The notes: generated by a model from the sequence alone, not told the origin. DNA of 64,000 nt from Nostoc sp. (GCA_036918135.1 JBALDB010000011.1:32001-96000); one strand, 5' to 3'; positions 42,780 to 54,546 are shown, counted from the first letter of the stretch. Made by a program: numbers and translations.

Positions 42780-43868
42780 ATGAAAAGAATAGAAGTTGAA
42801 CAAAGAACTATTTTGATTGGTTTGGCTGGTAGCCACGGCTATGGTTTAAATCGTCCGAATTCAGACTTTGATTATCGAGGAGTATTTATTGCACCCAAAA
42901 GGTACTATTTGGGATTCGATCGCATAGAACAAAAAGATACTGGTTGGGATGAACCAGGAATATTTCAATTTTTAGATAATAACAAAGACACAGTTATATA
43001 TGAATTAAAAAAAATCCTCCAGCTATTATCGGGAGCCAACCCCAATGTTTTAGAATTGCTGTGGTTAAATAACTATCCTTTTCTAACTCCAGTAGGAGAA
43101 CATTTAATTAATCATAAACAATTATTTTTGAGCAAAAAGGTAAAGCATACTTATACTGGTTATGCCTTTGCTCAAATCAAAAAAATGGAAACTCATCGCA
43201 AGTGGTTATTAAAACCACCGCAAAAAAAACCAATACCATCTGACTTTGGCATAGAAGACGAAGCAGCGCTAACTAAAGAGGAACTAAATGCTTTTTTGGA
43301 ATATCTTTATAACTTAATCAGAGGTCGGATTGAGTTTTTGGAAGAAGCTGAGCAATTATACAAATTACTGACAGCAGATATTGATTTTAAAGGAGTATTA
43401 AAACAATATACTTTACCTGATAATACTTTAGAATATACCCAAAAGCTAACTAATAGCCGTAAAGATTTTATCCGCCTGCTTCAGAAAAGTCAAAGTTATC
43501 AAACAGCCTTTAGAGAATGGAAGGCTTACTTATCTTGGCAGGAAAATAGAAATCCGGCTAGAGCAGAAATGGAAATTAAGTCTGGTTTTGACCTCAAACA
43601 CGGGATGCACTGCATTAGATTGTTACGCAGTGGATTAGAAATATTGCGTCAAGGAGAGGTAATTGTAGATAGGAGAATAGCTGGTGATGCTGATGATTTA
43701 AAAGCTATCCTCAAAGGGGAATATTCCTATGAGCAGGTAATGAAAATGGCAGAAGATTTAGTTGCTGAAATGGAAATAGTCTACGAACAATCTACCCTAC
43801 CCCATAAACCTGATTTAGAGCAAATTAATGAATTGTGTATGGAATTAGTAGAAATGCAAAATTGGTAA
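42780..43868 (+). CDS. Pol-beta superfamily nucleotidyltransferase (RlaP/YcgL-like)
   Basis: GSHGYG...SDFDYRGVF, ANPNVLELL, KHGMHCIRLL. Confidence 0.8.
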   Translation: MKRIEVEQRTILIGLAGSHGYGLNRPNSDFDYRGVFIAPKRYYLGFDRIEQKDTGWDEPGIFQFLDNNKDTVIYELKKILQLLSGANPNVLELLWLNNYPFLTPVGEHLINHKQLFLSKKVKHTYTGYAFAQIKKMETHRKWLLKPPQKKPIPSDFGIEDEAALTKEELNAFLEYLYNLIRGRIEFLEEAEQLYKLLTADIDFKGVLKQYTLPDNTLEYTQKLTNSRKDFIRLLQKSQSYQTAFREWKAYLSWQENRNPARAEMEIKSGFDLKHGMHCIRLLRSGLEILRQGEVIVDRRIAGDADDLKAILKGEYSYEQVMKMAEDLVAEMEIVYEQSTLPHKPDLEQINELCMELVEMQNW

Positions 43869-43926
43869 GTCAGTCATTTGTCATTTGTCATTTGTAAAGG
43901 ACAGAGGACAACTGACAAATGACTAA

Positions 43927-44223
43927 TTAAAGAGTGTAAATTAAGTCAGCAAACCCATAAAGGCTAATAATCAGCAATAGTAATGCTGTGACTTGAGTAA
44001 TTCGTGTCTGCGGTGAGGGAGCGATCGCTTCTCGCACTAAGATAGAAATAGATGCCCCAACTACTAAGCTCAAACCTAAGATTAAATATGGTCTGTCAGG
44101 TAAAATACTCGCTATTGCTAGCATAGCGATCGCCAAAAACAGCATCAATAATTCTACAAACCGGGGTGGGTTGTATTGGCTAGATAAAATAAAGCTGTTG
44201 AACCAAAAATACCAAAATCTCAT
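43927..44223 (-). CDS. Hypothetical small membrane protein
   Basis: 98 aa with three hydrophobic segments. Confidence 0.65.
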   Translation of the reverse strand: MRFWYFWFNSFILSSQYNPPRFVELLMLFLAIAMLAIASILPDRPYLILGLSLVVGASISILVREAIAPSPQTRITQVTALLLLIISLYGFADLIYTL

Positions 44224-44316
44224 AGTTTAGTATTCAGTGTTAAATGCTGAGTACAGACGCGATTAATCGCGTCTGTTATCTGTTATCAGAATTCTCCCTC
44301 ATCTTTTTCCTAACTC

Positions 44317-45441
44317 CTAACCTCTAGCTCCTAACTTCTGACCCGTGCCATTTTTTTGTGCAGTCTCATCTTCTGGAAGTTCGACGCCGAAGACGCGGCT
44401 AAAAGCTTTGGCGACTTTGTAGCCAGAATCAATCGATTCTAACGGGTCTTTCCGGAGTCTGTGACGCAAACACAGCGTAATTACGCGGCGGATATCATCA
44501 ACTGTGACTTCAGTGCGTCCTTCAAATGCCGTTAAGGCTTTGGCGGCACGGTTACTGACAATGTCACCACGTAAACCATCTACATCCAGTTCTGAGCAGA
44601 CTTCAGAAATTTTTACCCGCAGATCGTACTCAATTTTTACTTCTGGTAACAACTGCTGGGCATTGACAATTTGCTGTTGTAGTGATTCTTGCTGAGGTTT
44701 GTGGTTTTCCAGAAATACTGGCGGATTTTCGTCAAATTCCGCCCGTTGTTCTACGATTTGGACTCGTAAAGCTGGTTCTTTGACTGTATGAATTTCTGCG
44801 TGCATCCCAAAGCGATCGAGTAATTGGGGACGCAGTTCGCCTTCTTCTGGGTTTCCTGAACCAACAAGTACAAAACGTGCTGGGTGACGAATTGAAATGC
44901 CTTCCCGTTCTACAGTGTTCCAACCACTGGCTGCAGAATCGAGTAGCACGTCTACAAGGTGGTCATCTAGTAAGTTGACTTCATCTACATAAAGAATGCC
45001 TCGGTTAGCCTTTGCCAGTAATCCGGGTTCAAAAGCTTTGACACCCTCAGATAAAGCTTTTTCAATGTCGATTGTGCCGCAAACCCGGTCTTCTGTGGCT
45101 CCTAACGGCAGGTCTACCATTTGGACTTTTTTGTGAGTTACTGGAATTTCTGCCCCTTGTTCTAGCAGTTGGCGGACTTCATCGCTCATCAAGTCGGGGT
45201 CGCTAGGATCGCTACTAAACGGGTCATTGGCAACCACAGAGATTTCTGGCAGCAGATCGGCCAGCGCCCGGATAGTTGTGGATTTACCAGTACCGCGATC
45301 GCCCATGATCATTACACCACCAATTTTGGGGTCAATCACGTTCAACAGCAGCGCCAGTTTCATTTCTTCCTGGCCGACAATTGCCGTAAAAGGAAATACC
45401 ACACGACGCGCACTTGCCGTAGATTGAGCAGTTGGACTCAC
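44317..45441 (-). CDS. chlI: Magnesium chelatase ATPase subunit I
   Basis: [38 protein letters not shown]; likely GTG start. Confidence 0.97.
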   Translation of the reverse strand: MSPTAQSTASARRVVFPFTAIVGQEEMKLALLLNVIDPKIGGVMIMGDRGTGKSTTIRALADLLPEISVVANDPFSSDPSDPDLMSDEVRQLLEQGAEIPVTHKKVQMVDLPLGATEDRVCGTIDIEKALSEGVKAFEPGLLAKANRGILYVDEVNLLDDHLVDVLLDSAASGWNTVEREGISIRHPARFVLVGSGNPEEGELRPQLLDRFGMHAEIHTVKEPALRVQIVEQRAEFDENPPVFLENHKPQQESLQQQIVNAQQLLPEVKIEYDLRVKISEVCSELDVDGLRGDIVSNRAAKALTAFEGRTEVTVDDIRRVITLCLRHRLRKDPLESIDSGYKVAKAFSRVFGVELPEDETAQKNGTGQKLGARG

Positions 45442-45787
45442 TAAATTACCTAACAATATTTTTCTGATTACAGTTCTTTATTGTGACACAGCTGGGGACT
45501 GGGGAATAGGGACTGGGGACTAGTGACTGAATTCTACCCAATCCCCAATATCCAGTACCCAATTCCCAGTCTCCAGGCACTAATAACTACTCGCTGCGTC
45601 AATTCTCTTAATTTCTCTAAGTTTGATTTAGTTTTTCTGGTGCAAAAGTTCCATCTACAGCGAACGAACAACTACCAATTCATCAATTTTGTAGTAAGTA
45701 TAAATGCTTGTACACTATATGACTAGTAGATTGAATTACAAAAGCAAGCAATGGCGTGTGTGGGTAGCTAATGCATCATTCAGACCT

Positions 45788-46987
45788 ATGAAATCAACTT
45801 TTTTTGTTCAAAACTGGCGACGAAAACTAATAAAATCTCTTTTTCCACTCCTGATTTTAATATCATTTATTACAGTTTTGTTAGTAGACAGCTTCACTCC
45901 TGCGATCGCACAGCTACCGCGTCAGGAAATTCGCGGGGTTTGGATGACAAACAATGATTTTGACACCTTGAAGAATCGTGACAAAGTGCAAGAGGCGATG
46001 AATCAGCTGCGGCGGCTGAACTTCAACACAATTTATCCTGTGGTTTGGAATTCTGGCTATGTGATGTATCCTAGTGCCACAGCACAACGTGCAGGCATTC
46101 AACCTTTTGTCTTGCGAGGTTCAGATGGACATGATATTCTTGCTGACCTGATTAACCAAGCTCATCACAAGGGACTCTTAGCAATTCCCTGGTTTGAATT
46201 TGGATTTATGGCTCCCCCAACCTCGGAACTAGCGCTTAATTATCCAGATTGGTTTACACAAAAACGCGATGGTAGCCAAACTTCCATCAGTGCAGCTGGT
46301 GAGGTAATGTGGCTCAATCCCTTCTATCCACAAGTGCAACAGTTCATCACCAACCTCGTGCTAGAAGTTGTTACTCAGTATGATGCCGATGGCATTCAGT
46401 TTGACGACCACATGAGTTTGCCCCGCGAATTTGGCTACGATCGCTATACAGTTGCCTTGTATGCCCAAGAAACCAACAACAATCCCCCGGCTAATCCTGA
46501 AGATCCGGAATGGGTAAAGTGGCGGGCAGATAAAATTACCGCCTTCATGGTACAACTTAACCAAGCGGTAAAGCAGAGAAAACCCCAGGCGATTTTCTCT
46601 GTTGCTCCTAATTACTACGACTTTGCTTACAAGTTTCACCTCCAAGACTGGCTTAGTTGGATACGGCAAAATATTGTAGACGAGTTAATTGTGCAAATAT
46701 ATCGTCCAAATCTGCAAAGTTTTATCGCAAATATTTCCCGCTCAGAAATTCAAGAAGCCCAACAAACCATTCCTACTGGAGTTGGGATTATGACAGGGTT
46801 ACGCAATAACCCAGTTCCCATACAACAAATTAGGTCTCAAGTACGGGCTGCTCAAGAACGGGGTCTAGGTGTAACCTTCTTTTATTATGAAAGTCTTTGG
46901 AACTATGCACCTGAACCCTTAAACGAACGCCAAGCAGCATTTGAAAACCTTTTTCCATCTCCTGCACTCCGCGCCAGAGTTGAATAA
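45788..46987 (+). CDS. Glycoside hydrolase-like 10 (DUF187) family protein
   Basis: EIRGVW, NFNTIYPVVW, PWFEFG, WLNP, DGIQFDDH, QDWLSW. Confidence 0.9.
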   Translation: MKSTFFVQNWRRKLIKSLFPLLILISFITVLLVDSFTPAIAQLPRQEIRGVWMTNNDFDTLKNRDKVQEAMNQLRRLNFNTIYPVVWNSGYVMYPSATAQRAGIQPFVLRGSDGHDILADLINQAHHKGLLAIPWFEFGFMAPPTSELALNYPDWFTQKRDGSQTSISAAGEVMWLNPFYPQVQQFITNLVLEVVTQYDADGIQFDDHMSLPREFGYDRYTVALYAQETNNNPPANPEDPEWVKWRADKITAFMVQLNQAVKQRKPQAIFSVAPNYYDFAYKFHLQDWLSWIRQNIVDELIVQIYRPNLQSFIANISRSEIQEAQQTIPTGVGIMTGLRNNPVPIQQIRSQVRAAQERGLGVTFFYYESLWNYAPEPLNERQAAFENLFPSPALRARVE

Positions 46988-47006
46988 TTTTTTTACTGAG
47001 ATTTAG

Positions 47007-47048
47007 CACATCTCATTAATATTAGATTGGCAATATTAATGAGATGTG
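47007..47048. terminator. Perfect 17-bp inverted repeat after the GHL10 gene (possible terminator)
   Basis: CACATCTCATTAATATT-N8-AATATTAATGAGATGTG. Confidence 0.5.
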
Positions 47049-47266
47049 AGTTTGATAGATTCTGAAGAACTCCACTTCCATTCCTCTCCCCGAAACGGGA
47101 AGAGGCTTTAAATTTTCCCCCTTCTCTAGTAGAGAAGGGGGTTATATGATGTCCGGGTAATTAACCATAATACCCAAAACCTCACCCTGCAAAAGCTATG
47201 CTTTAGCTTTCCTAAGAGGCTGCTCTTAAGGGGTTGGGGGTGGGGGTTGTTTTATTATGGGTAATT

Positions 47267-47590
47267 TATTATGAATATCAAAGACTCATGCACGAAGCTG
47301 AAAAACTCATTCACGAGTTACAAACACTTGTAAGTGAATCTTAAATACTCATCGACGAGTTACAAAGACTGATTTTTGAGCAAAATATCCTCGTTGACGA
47401 GCAAAATATCCTCATTAATCGGCAAAATATCCTCGTTGACGAGCAAAATATCCTCATTAATCAGCAAAATATCCTCGTTGACGGGCAAAATATCCTCATT
47501 AACCGGCAAAATATTCTCGTTCACGAATATCAAAGACTCATTAACGCAGTTCCGAGCCTCATTAATGAGTATTAAAGACTCATTAACGAC
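47267..47590. repeat. Tandem array of about 15 21-bp units, same family as the kdp array
   Basis: Core units GTTGACGAGCAAAATATCCTC / ATTAATCRGCAAAATATCCTC; terminal unit ATTAATGAGTATTAAAGACTC. Confidence 0.9.
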
Positions 47591-47942
47591 TCAACCTCAG
47601 TATTGGTAATAATAAATTCTTCTTAAAATTCCGTAAAAATTATTATTGCTGATGTAGTGTCATACAACATAGGAGCTTGGTTTGATATCTTGCAGCATTC
47701 TCAATGACCACCTTTGTTTGCCTGTAACTCGAAGTTCCAGGCTAATAGCTAAAGTCCACTTCAGTAGACTAAAAATCTAAATCTGGAAAGAATTTAGTCA
47801 TGTTTAAGAAGACTTTCGCTATGAGCAGTATGTTTTTAACCTATGACAGTTGTTGTAATTAGTGCAAAATATCAGTGGTTGCGAAATTCTCCGGCGAATC
47901 AGGGGCATTACATATAATTTTCGTTGACAGGTGAACCTCAGT

Positions 47943-50900
47943 ATGGCAAAAACGCCTCAACGTTTCCTTAAAAAAATCCGAGAAGCGAAAGAGAAACAGC
48001 TAAAAGAATTAGATTTAAGCAATCCTTGGAGTACTGATAATAAGGAAAAATTAACACAGACTCCTGCTGAGGTGTTTGAACTAGAATGGTTGGAGGTTTT
48101 GAATTTAAGCGGCAACCAATTAACGACACTGCCAGAAGCGCTCGCTTGCCTGGAACAACTTACCACCCTGGATTTAAGCGGCAATCAATTAACGACACTG
48201 CCAGAAGTCATTACCCGCCTGCAACAAATCACCACCCTAAATTTAAGCGGCAACCAATTAACGACACTGCCAGAAGCCATTACCCGCCTGCAACAACTCA
48301 CTTCCCTGAATTTAAGCTTCAACCAATTAACAACACTGCCAGAAGCGATCGCCCGCCTCCAACACCTTACCTCCCTGTTTTTAAGCGGCAACCAATTAAC
48401 GACACTGCCAGAAGCGATTGCCCACCTGGAACAACTCACTGCCTTGTTTTTAAGAGGCAACAAATTAACGACGCTACCAGAAGCGATCGCCTGCCTGCAA
48501 CACCTTACTTCCCTGGATTTAAGCGACAACAAATTAACGACACTGCCAGAAGCCATTACCCGCCTTCAACACCTTACTTCCCTGGATTTAAGCGACAACC
48601 AATTAACGACACTGCCAGAAGCCATTACCCGCCTGCAACACCTTACCTCCCTAGATTTAAGCGACAACAAATTGAGGACGCTGCCTGAAGCCGTCACCCG
48701 TTTGCCACAACTCACCTCCCTCAATTTAAGCCACAACCAAATAACGACACTGCCAGAAGCTATCACCCGTTTGCCACAACTCACCTCCCTGTTGTTAAGC
48801 CGCAATGGATTAACGACGCTGCCAGAAGTTGTCACCCGTCTGCAACACCTTACTGCCCTGTTTTTAAGAGGTAACAAATTAACGACACTTCCAGAAGCCA
48901 TTACCCGCCTGCAACACCTCACCCTCCTAATTTTAAGCAGTAATAAATTAACGACACTTCCAGAAGCCATTACCCGCCTGCAACACCTCACTAACCTCGA
49001 ATTAAGCGATAACCAAATAACGACGCTGCCAGAAGCGATCGCCCGCCTGCAACAACTCACTTCCCTGGATTTAAGCCACAACCAATTAACGACACTGCCA
49101 GAAGTAATCGCCCGCCTGCAACAACTCACTTCCCTGGATTTAAGGGACAACCAATTAACGACACTGCCAGAAGCGATCGCCTGCCTGCAACAACTCACTT
49201 CCCTGTATTTAGACTACAACCTCATCGAAAAGCCACCGCCAGAAATTGTTAAACAAGGTATTAAGGCAATTAGGGATTATTTTCGCCAACTGCAAGTAGA
49301 AGGCACAGATTATCTATACGAGGCAAAGTTATTAATTGTTGGCGAAGGAGGAGCAGGGAAGACAACACTGGCAAAGAAAATTGAAGACCAAAATTATCAA
49401 CTTCGAGAGGAGGACTCTACAAAGGGAATTGAGGTTATCCAGTGGGGTTTCCCAATGGATAATGGGCGAGAATTTCAAGTCAACATTTGGGACTTTGGGG
49501 GGCAAGAGATTTACCATGCTACTCACCAGTTTTTCCTCACCAAGCGTTCACTCTACGTTTTAGTAGCAGATACTCGCAAGGAAGACACGGATTTTTATTA
49601 CTGGTTGAATGTAGTAGAACTGTTGAGCGATAACAGTCCGTTGCTAATCATCAAAAATGAGAAACAAAACCGCCACCGCGAAATTAATGAACTCCAGTTA
49701 CGGGGTCAGTTTACTAATTTGAAGGAGACTTTACCAACAAACCTTGCTGACAACAGAGGTTTAGAACAAGTTTTAGAACAAATCAAGCATTACGTTAAAA
49801 ATCTACCTCATATTGGCAGTCCGCTCCCAAAAACCTGGATTAGAGTCCGGGAAGCTTTGGAGAGTGACGCACGCAATTACATTAGCTTGGATGAATACCT
49901 GAGCATCTGCGAACAAAATGGGTTCACCCAAAGAAATGACAAGTTGCAGTTGAGTGTTTATCTGCACGATTTGGGAGTATGCTTGCACTTTCAGGAAGAC
50001 GCACTTTTGAACAAGACCGTCATCCTCAAGCCAAAGTGGGGAACTGATGCAGTCTACAAAGTGCTGGATAATGAAAAGGTGATTCGCAACCTGGGCAGTT
50101 TCACACGGTCTGACTTGGCAAACATCTGGTGTGAAGACGAATACGCCACGATGCATGATGAACTATTGCGCTTGATGATCAACTTCAAACTGTGCTACGA
50201 AATTCCTAGAAGCCAAGGAAAATATATTGCCCCACAACTGCTATCTGCTAATCAACCTCCCTATAACTGGGATGAAACCAACAACCTGATTCTGCGTTAC
50301 ACCTACGAGTTCATGCCCAAGGGGATCATCAGCCAATTCATCGTCGCCATCCATGAGTTGATAAATGAACAACAATGTGTCTGGAAAAGCGGTGTTGTTC
50401 TCAGCAAAGACCAGACGAAGGCAGAGGTAATTGAATATTACGGCAAGCGGGAGATTAAGATTCGAGTCTCAGGTCGTCACAAAAGAGATTTAATGACTAT
50501 AGTTACACATGAACTCGATAAAATTCATGATTCATATAAACGACTGAAGTACAACAAGTTAATTCCCTGTAATTGTATCACTTGCAAAGATAACCAAGAG
50601 CCACACTTTTATATATTTGATGAGTTACGGCAGTTTATAGCCGATAAGCAAGACCAAATTCAATGCCGCAAGAAACCCTATCAAATGGTAAATGTCTTCG
50701 GGCTAATTGATGACGTGATGGATAAACAGCAATTTCAGGAGGAAGAAATCAAACGAGGAGGAGATAATTATTATATAAACGCCGAACAAGTTCAAATTCA
50801 AAAAGGTAATAATCTAATGTCTAATCAATCTCAACAGGAAGAACATTCCAAGCCAGAAGACATTAAACTTCCTTTTGCTTTTCGCAATGGCATGTTCTAT

Positions 50901-51137
50901 TTATTTGTATTTGTAGTTGTATTTTGTCTAATTGCATTTTTTGGTGGTTCGCTACCATTTCATTATCTAGCTTTAACAATTATTAGTACAGCAATATTTA
51001 TCGTCTTAATAGGCGTTCTGCAACTCCGCCAAGATAACCGCCTCTCAGAAAAATCTTTTGTAGATTTGACAAAAATGGTACTGGAACAGTTGCCTTTAAT
51101 TGGCAATATTCTTAAGCAGTTTCAAGGCAACAAATGA
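47943..51137 (+). CDS. Roco protein: LRR-Roc GTPase-COR with two C-terminal TM helices
   Basis: 16 complete 23-aa LRRs; [21 protein letters not shown] motifs YLHDLG, PQLL, FMPKG; hydrophobic C-terminal hairpin. Confidence 0.92.
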   Translation: MAKTPQRFLKKIREAKEKQLKELDLSNPWSTDNKEKLTQTPAEVFELEWLEVLNLSGNQLTTLPEALACLEQLTTLDLSGNQLTTLPEVITRLQQITTLNLSGNQLTTLPEAITRLQQLTSLNLSFNQLTTLPEAIARLQHLTSLFLSGNQLTTLPEAIAHLEQLTALFLRGNKLTTLPEAIACLQHLTSLDLSDNKLTTLPEAITRLQHLTSLDLSDNQLTTLPEAITRLQHLTSLDLSDNKLRTLPEAVTRLPQLTSLNLSHNQITTLPEAITRLPQLTSLLLSRNGLTTLPEVVTRLQHLTALFLRGNKLTTLPEAITRLQHLTLLILSSNKLTTLPEAITRLQHLTNLELSDNQITTLPEAIARLQQLTSLDLSHNQLTTLPEVIARLQQLTSLDLRDNQLTTLPEAIACLQQLTSLYLDYNLIEKPPPEIVKQGIKAIRDYFRQLQVEGTDYLYEAKLLIVGEGGAGKTTLAKKIEDQNYQLREEDSTKGIEVIQWGFPMDNGREFQVNIWDFGGQEIYHATHQFFLTKRSLYVLVADTRKEDTDFYYWLNVVELLSDNSPLLIIKNEKQNRHREINELQLRGQFTNLKETLPTNLADNRGLEQVLEQIKHYVKNLPHIGSPLPKTWIRVREALESDARNYISLDEYLSICEQNGFTQRNDKLQLSVYLHDLGVCLHFQEDALLNKTVILKPKWGTDAVYKVLDNEKVIRNLGSFTRSDLANIWCEDEYATMHDELLRLMINFKLCYEIPRSQGKYIAPQLLSANQPPYNWDETNNLILRYTYEFMPKGIISQFIVAIHELINEQQCVWKSGVVLSKDQTKAEVIEYYGKREIKIRVSGRHKRDLMTIVTHELDKIHDSYKRLKYNKLIPCNCITCKDNQEPHFYIFDELRQFIADKQDQIQCRKKPYQMVNVFGLIDDVMDKQQFQEEEIKRGGDNYYINAEQVQIQKGNNLMSNQSQQEEHSKPEDIKLPFAFRNGMFYLFVFVVVFCLIAFFGGSLPFHYLALTIISTAIFIVLIGVLQLRQDNRLSEKSFVDLTKMVLEQLPLIGNILKQFQGNK

Positions 51138-51214
51138 AACTACAGGCGAATATAATTCGCGGCAAAATAAACAAAGCTCAAAGTAATTTTGTCTTCTGAA
51201 TTCTGAATTATTAT

Positions 51215-53719
51215 TTACTCTTCTCGATTCTTCTCCTGAAGAAGCGATCGCCAATCTTCAATTGCTTTTTCTGTCCATAGCCAATTTTTAGCTAATTTAT
51301 CTACCTGAAAATTCACGCGATCGGACTTCATCACCATTTGTCGCAACTTGATCGCTTCATTCACATATTGTGGTTGTTTGGCACTAGATTGACCAAGTGC
51401 AGATTTATACAGTCCCAAAGCTAAACCAGCATAAGAAGTTAAAGCATCCTGAGGTACTGGTGTCTTTATAGATGCTGTGGTGGAAGCTGTATTCTGCGGT
51501 TTGAGAGCTAAATTTAAAGCCTTAAACCAAGAATCATTAGCTCGATTCAGATTACCTTCTGCGTAGTAAGCAAATCCTAAAGCGTTATTATACAAAAGCG
51601 AATCTGGTTTGGCTTTGGCAGCAGTTTCCCAGTAACGACGAGCATCATCAACGCTATAGTTATTGTCTCCAGTTTGGATTGATTGCCATGCTAATCGCCC
51701 TTTTAAAAAGTTGACAGATGGATCGTCAGCTTGCTTGTTTGTAACTAGTTTCAAAGCAGTTTCAGCCGCAGCAAAAGCACCACGATTGAGTAATTCTTCC
51801 ACAGCAAACAATCCACCTTGTAAATCACCTTGGCTCAATTTTTCAGTAGCGCTGGCGGTGACAATTCCAGTTGGTGCTGTTTCTAAATCGATATTCGGTT
51901 GCTTTTGGATGGGTAAAGACTCGGTGGGAATTGCTGGTATCCTCGACAGAGTTGCCTGGGGTCGATTTTGCCACCAATTTAAACCGATGGCAATTGCGAT
52001 CGCACTGATTCCGACAATCCCAACAATCGGCCATAGCTTCCGCCGCTGAGTACGATTTCTAGATGGAGGTGAGCTAGAGTGCGATCGCGAATCAGAATTT
52101 TCCCGATGTCTTTCTAGGTTCCCAACAGTTTCAGCAGGCGGTGTTGAGACTTCTCCCCACAAATCTGCTTCCTCTGTTGAGGAAGTTATTTCTTCTGAAA
52201 CCTGCCTATTCGGAAGACTATTTTCCTGAATTTGTTGCTCGATTTCCGTCGAGGCTTTTTGCTCATCCAGCCGCCGAAACAAATCTGAAACCATCGCCGA
52301 ATCTTCTGCATAGCTTGGGTCATCATACTCAATTTCATCAACAAGATCGCCCCAAGTATCTTCGCCTAGCCAATCCAACCCAGAAGACTCACGCGCCATA
52401 TCAGCAGGAATCATTTCCTCAATTCCTAAACCCATCTCGGTATCGTCTGCCATACCAGCATACATAGTACTGGGAATTGCCCCCAAAGGCGAACTATACT
52501 GGTTGAGCAACTCGCGACTTTCAGCTAAGCCAGTTTCCGAGCTCAAAAAACCGTCAAATTCCGGCTGAAGATACAAAATTGGTAATGCCCAGTACATTTG
52601 GTGAGAACCATAGGCAGAAATTAATCCTTGGCGCACCCGACCGACGCATAAATCTACTGGATATCCCTGACTCAAGTTGCGGTAAAATAATTGCGTGAGT
52701 GTCAGTGCCACTTCATCAGGAATACGCTCTGACATTGCCAAAACACTGGCAATTCCTCGTTTGACAAGACTTTCTGCCAGGTTGCGTTCGCCTATATCTC
52801 CAGCAGCTCCAAACGCAGCTGTATACGCTCCTAAGCAGGAATTAAACACTGCCATCTGGATGTTATTGTTGACGAGCAAACCTGCTAAATCGTCTCCAGT
52901 GAGAATTTCCGTTAACCCAGTTCTGCGACTGGCAAGATAAATTTCTCCCCCATTTGCGCCTAAGTTACTATGACCAGAGTAGTGGAGAACGTGGTATCTG
53001 CCTTGCTCTAAAGCTTGGGTCAGTTCTTCCCGTCCTGGTTGGTCTAAAACAGTCAGTTCAATTTCTGGGAGATGATTGCTACTTTCGGCCAATCGTGGTA
53101 TAGAACGCCTAAGTTCCGCTTGAAGTTTGATAGCTTCGTGTTTGAGTAGGTCGAGTCGGACTTGATCTAAAGGTGAAGCAATTACCATCAATACTTTTAC
53201 ACCACTTTCTTCTAATGGTGTGGGCATATTTGGCGATCGCAAACGAGAAGCGCCCAAAATTCCACTTTGGAAGCGAGAAAAAGCCACATAAGGCCCAGTG
53301 GCTAGGGGGCGATCGCCTGCGTGCATCACTTCCCAAGGCAAACGAGCTAACCTCGTGTCTTTCAGCCCCAAGCGTAAGCGGAGTACTTGTTGGTGGTTCT
53401 GGGCAATACCTTGGGCAGTAATCCAGCTATCTCTGAGAGTGCCTTGAAATAGTGCATTATATAATTGTTGACCCAACGCCACCAAGTTAACAGAGTTTCT
53501 GGCAATATCACTTTCTCGCCCACTAGAGGCGAATGCATCTCCCTGTAACACGGACTTCAACGGGTCATTCATCAAATGCCCAGCAGCCATCAACCAATCA
53601 GCTACAGGCCAACTCACCAATTCTTCTGCCAATGGCACCCCAGGCGCGACTTGTTCCGTCCGCACCAAGTAGTCGTTTTGCCCTACTGGGGTTACGGATA
53701 TATGGAATTCCTGGGTCAC
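51215..53719 (-). CDS. hetF: HetF, CHAT (caspase-like) protease involved in heterocyst differentiation and cell division
   Basis: Recognisable N-terminus MTQEFHISVTPVGQNDYLVRTE; catalytic HYSGHS and NSCLG; TM plus TPR C-terminus; NsiR1 array upstream. Confidence 0.93.
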   Translation of the reverse strand: MTQEFHISVTPVGQNDYLVRTEQVAPGVPLAEELVSWPVADWLMAAGHLMNDPLKSVLQGDAFASSGRESDIARNSVNLVALGQQLYNALFQGTLRDSWITAQGIAQNHQQVLRLRLGLKDTRLARLPWEVMHAGDRPLATGPYVAFSRFQSGILGASRLRSPNMPTPLEESGVKVLMVIASPLDQVRLDLLKHEAIKLQAELRRSIPRLAESSNHLPEIELTVLDQPGREELTQALEQGRYHVLHYSGHSNLGANGGEIYLASRRTGLTEILTGDDLAGLLVNNNIQMAVFNSCLGAYTAAFGAAGDIGERNLAESLVKRGIASVLAMSERIPDEVALTLTQLFYRNLSQGYPVDLCVGRVRQGLISAYGSHQMYWALPILYLQPEFDGFLSSETGLAESRELLNQYSSPLGAIPSTMYAGMADDTEMGLGIEEMIPADMARESSGLDWLGEDTWGDLVDEIEYDDPSYAEDSAMVSDLFRRLDEQKASTEIEQQIQENSLPNRQVSEEITSSTEEADLWGEVSTPPAETVGNLERHRENSDSRSHSSSPPSRNRTQRRKLWPIVGIVGISAIAIAIGLNWWQNRPQATLSRIPAIPTESLPIQKQPNIDLETAPTGIVTASATEKLSQGDLQGGLFAVEELLNRGAFAAAETALKLVTNKQADDPSVNFLKGRLAWQSIQTGDNNYSVDDARRYWETAAKAKPDSLLYNNALGFAYYAEGNLNRANDSWFKALNLALKPQNTASTTASIKTPVPQDALTSYAGLALGLYKSALGQSSAKQPQYVNEAIKLRQMVMKSDRVNFQVDKLAKNWLWTEKAIEDWRSLLQEKNREE

Positions 53720-53900
53720 AGCTTCTCCTGTTCGCCTCCTAAATTCGGTTTGAAACGCGAAAGTTTCAAGTCGATTTTTTGCTCCCTCTGATAACTTAGA
53801 TGCATCCCACCCCTGAATGTTTCTGATTTTTAATTGTTCTGCTTTTTGTGCCTTTACAACTTTATCCGGATCGGATTACTTGGGTCTAGAACACTTTATT

Positions 53901-53960
53901 GGTAGATGCACCTTGATCTTCAACTCCCCTAGTTGGCTAACACCCGCTGGGGGTTTTTTT
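53901..53960 (+). ncRNA. nsiR1: NsiR1 sRNA copy (hetF-proximal)
   Basis: GGTAGATGCACC...CTCCCCTAG hairpin and T tract; DIF1 motif TCCGGA at 53865, 36 nt upstream. Confidence 0.9.
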
Positions 53961-54225
53961 ATTTTGGCAAACAACAGTAACCTACGATCTAGCAATCTGA
54001 AATGATTTGTCAAAAAAATCTCTTGGCTTCCCATCACCACTAAGTTCACAATTCAAATACAGTTGCTATATCAAGTTTGTGTAAATACTTATAGTGAAGG
54101 CTGATACCCAGACACCACGACACTCGGCACGGGCAGTTTTGAATTATAAGTAATTAAACGAACTTGAGATAACGCAGACATTCTCTATTAGAAGAAAATA
54201 GTGCTTAACTTGAAAATACTTGATT

Positions 54226-54285
54226 GGCAGATGGATGAGCCTCAGTCTTTAACTCCCCTAATTCAGTTATTATCCACTATGACAG
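54226..54285 (+). pseudogene. Degenerate NsiR1 copy
   Basis: GGCAGATGGA...TAACTCCCCTAA resembles the unit; hairpin and DIF1 motif are lost. Confidence 0.5.
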
Positions 54286-54454
54286 CACGGCAAAAGCATA
54301 GACTAACATCTAAATTAATAAGACTTGGGACTTAAGCCTCCGATCTCAAAGGTAGGAAAACTTGTGCCATCTACTAATTTTTTAACACAAAACAACAATT
54401 AACTTTCTCCCAAATCTATCCGGAGCATAGTGGTTAAACCTAGAACATTTAATT

Positions 54455-54515
54455 GGTAGATGCACCCTGATAACTAGCTCCCCTGGTCGGCTAATAGCTA
54501 CTGGGGGTTTTTTTT
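54455..54515 (+). ncRNA. nsiR1: NsiR1 sRNA copy
   Basis: Intact unit; TCCGGA at 54419. Confidence 0.9.
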
Positions 54516-54546
54516 ACTCATCACACACCTGTTTTTCAGACACCCA

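Noticed and set aside
47376..47609. 77-aa SKISSL-repeat ORF
   Set aside because: It is a translation of the 21-bp minisatellite with a start codon inside the repeat; there is no independent evidence of coding.
47957..49198. Overlapping alternative-frame and antisense ORFs in the LRR region; possible DGR target
   Set aside because: These are shadows of the 69-bp repeat. No reverse transcriptase or template repeat is in the window, and the variation is not obviously adenine-specific.
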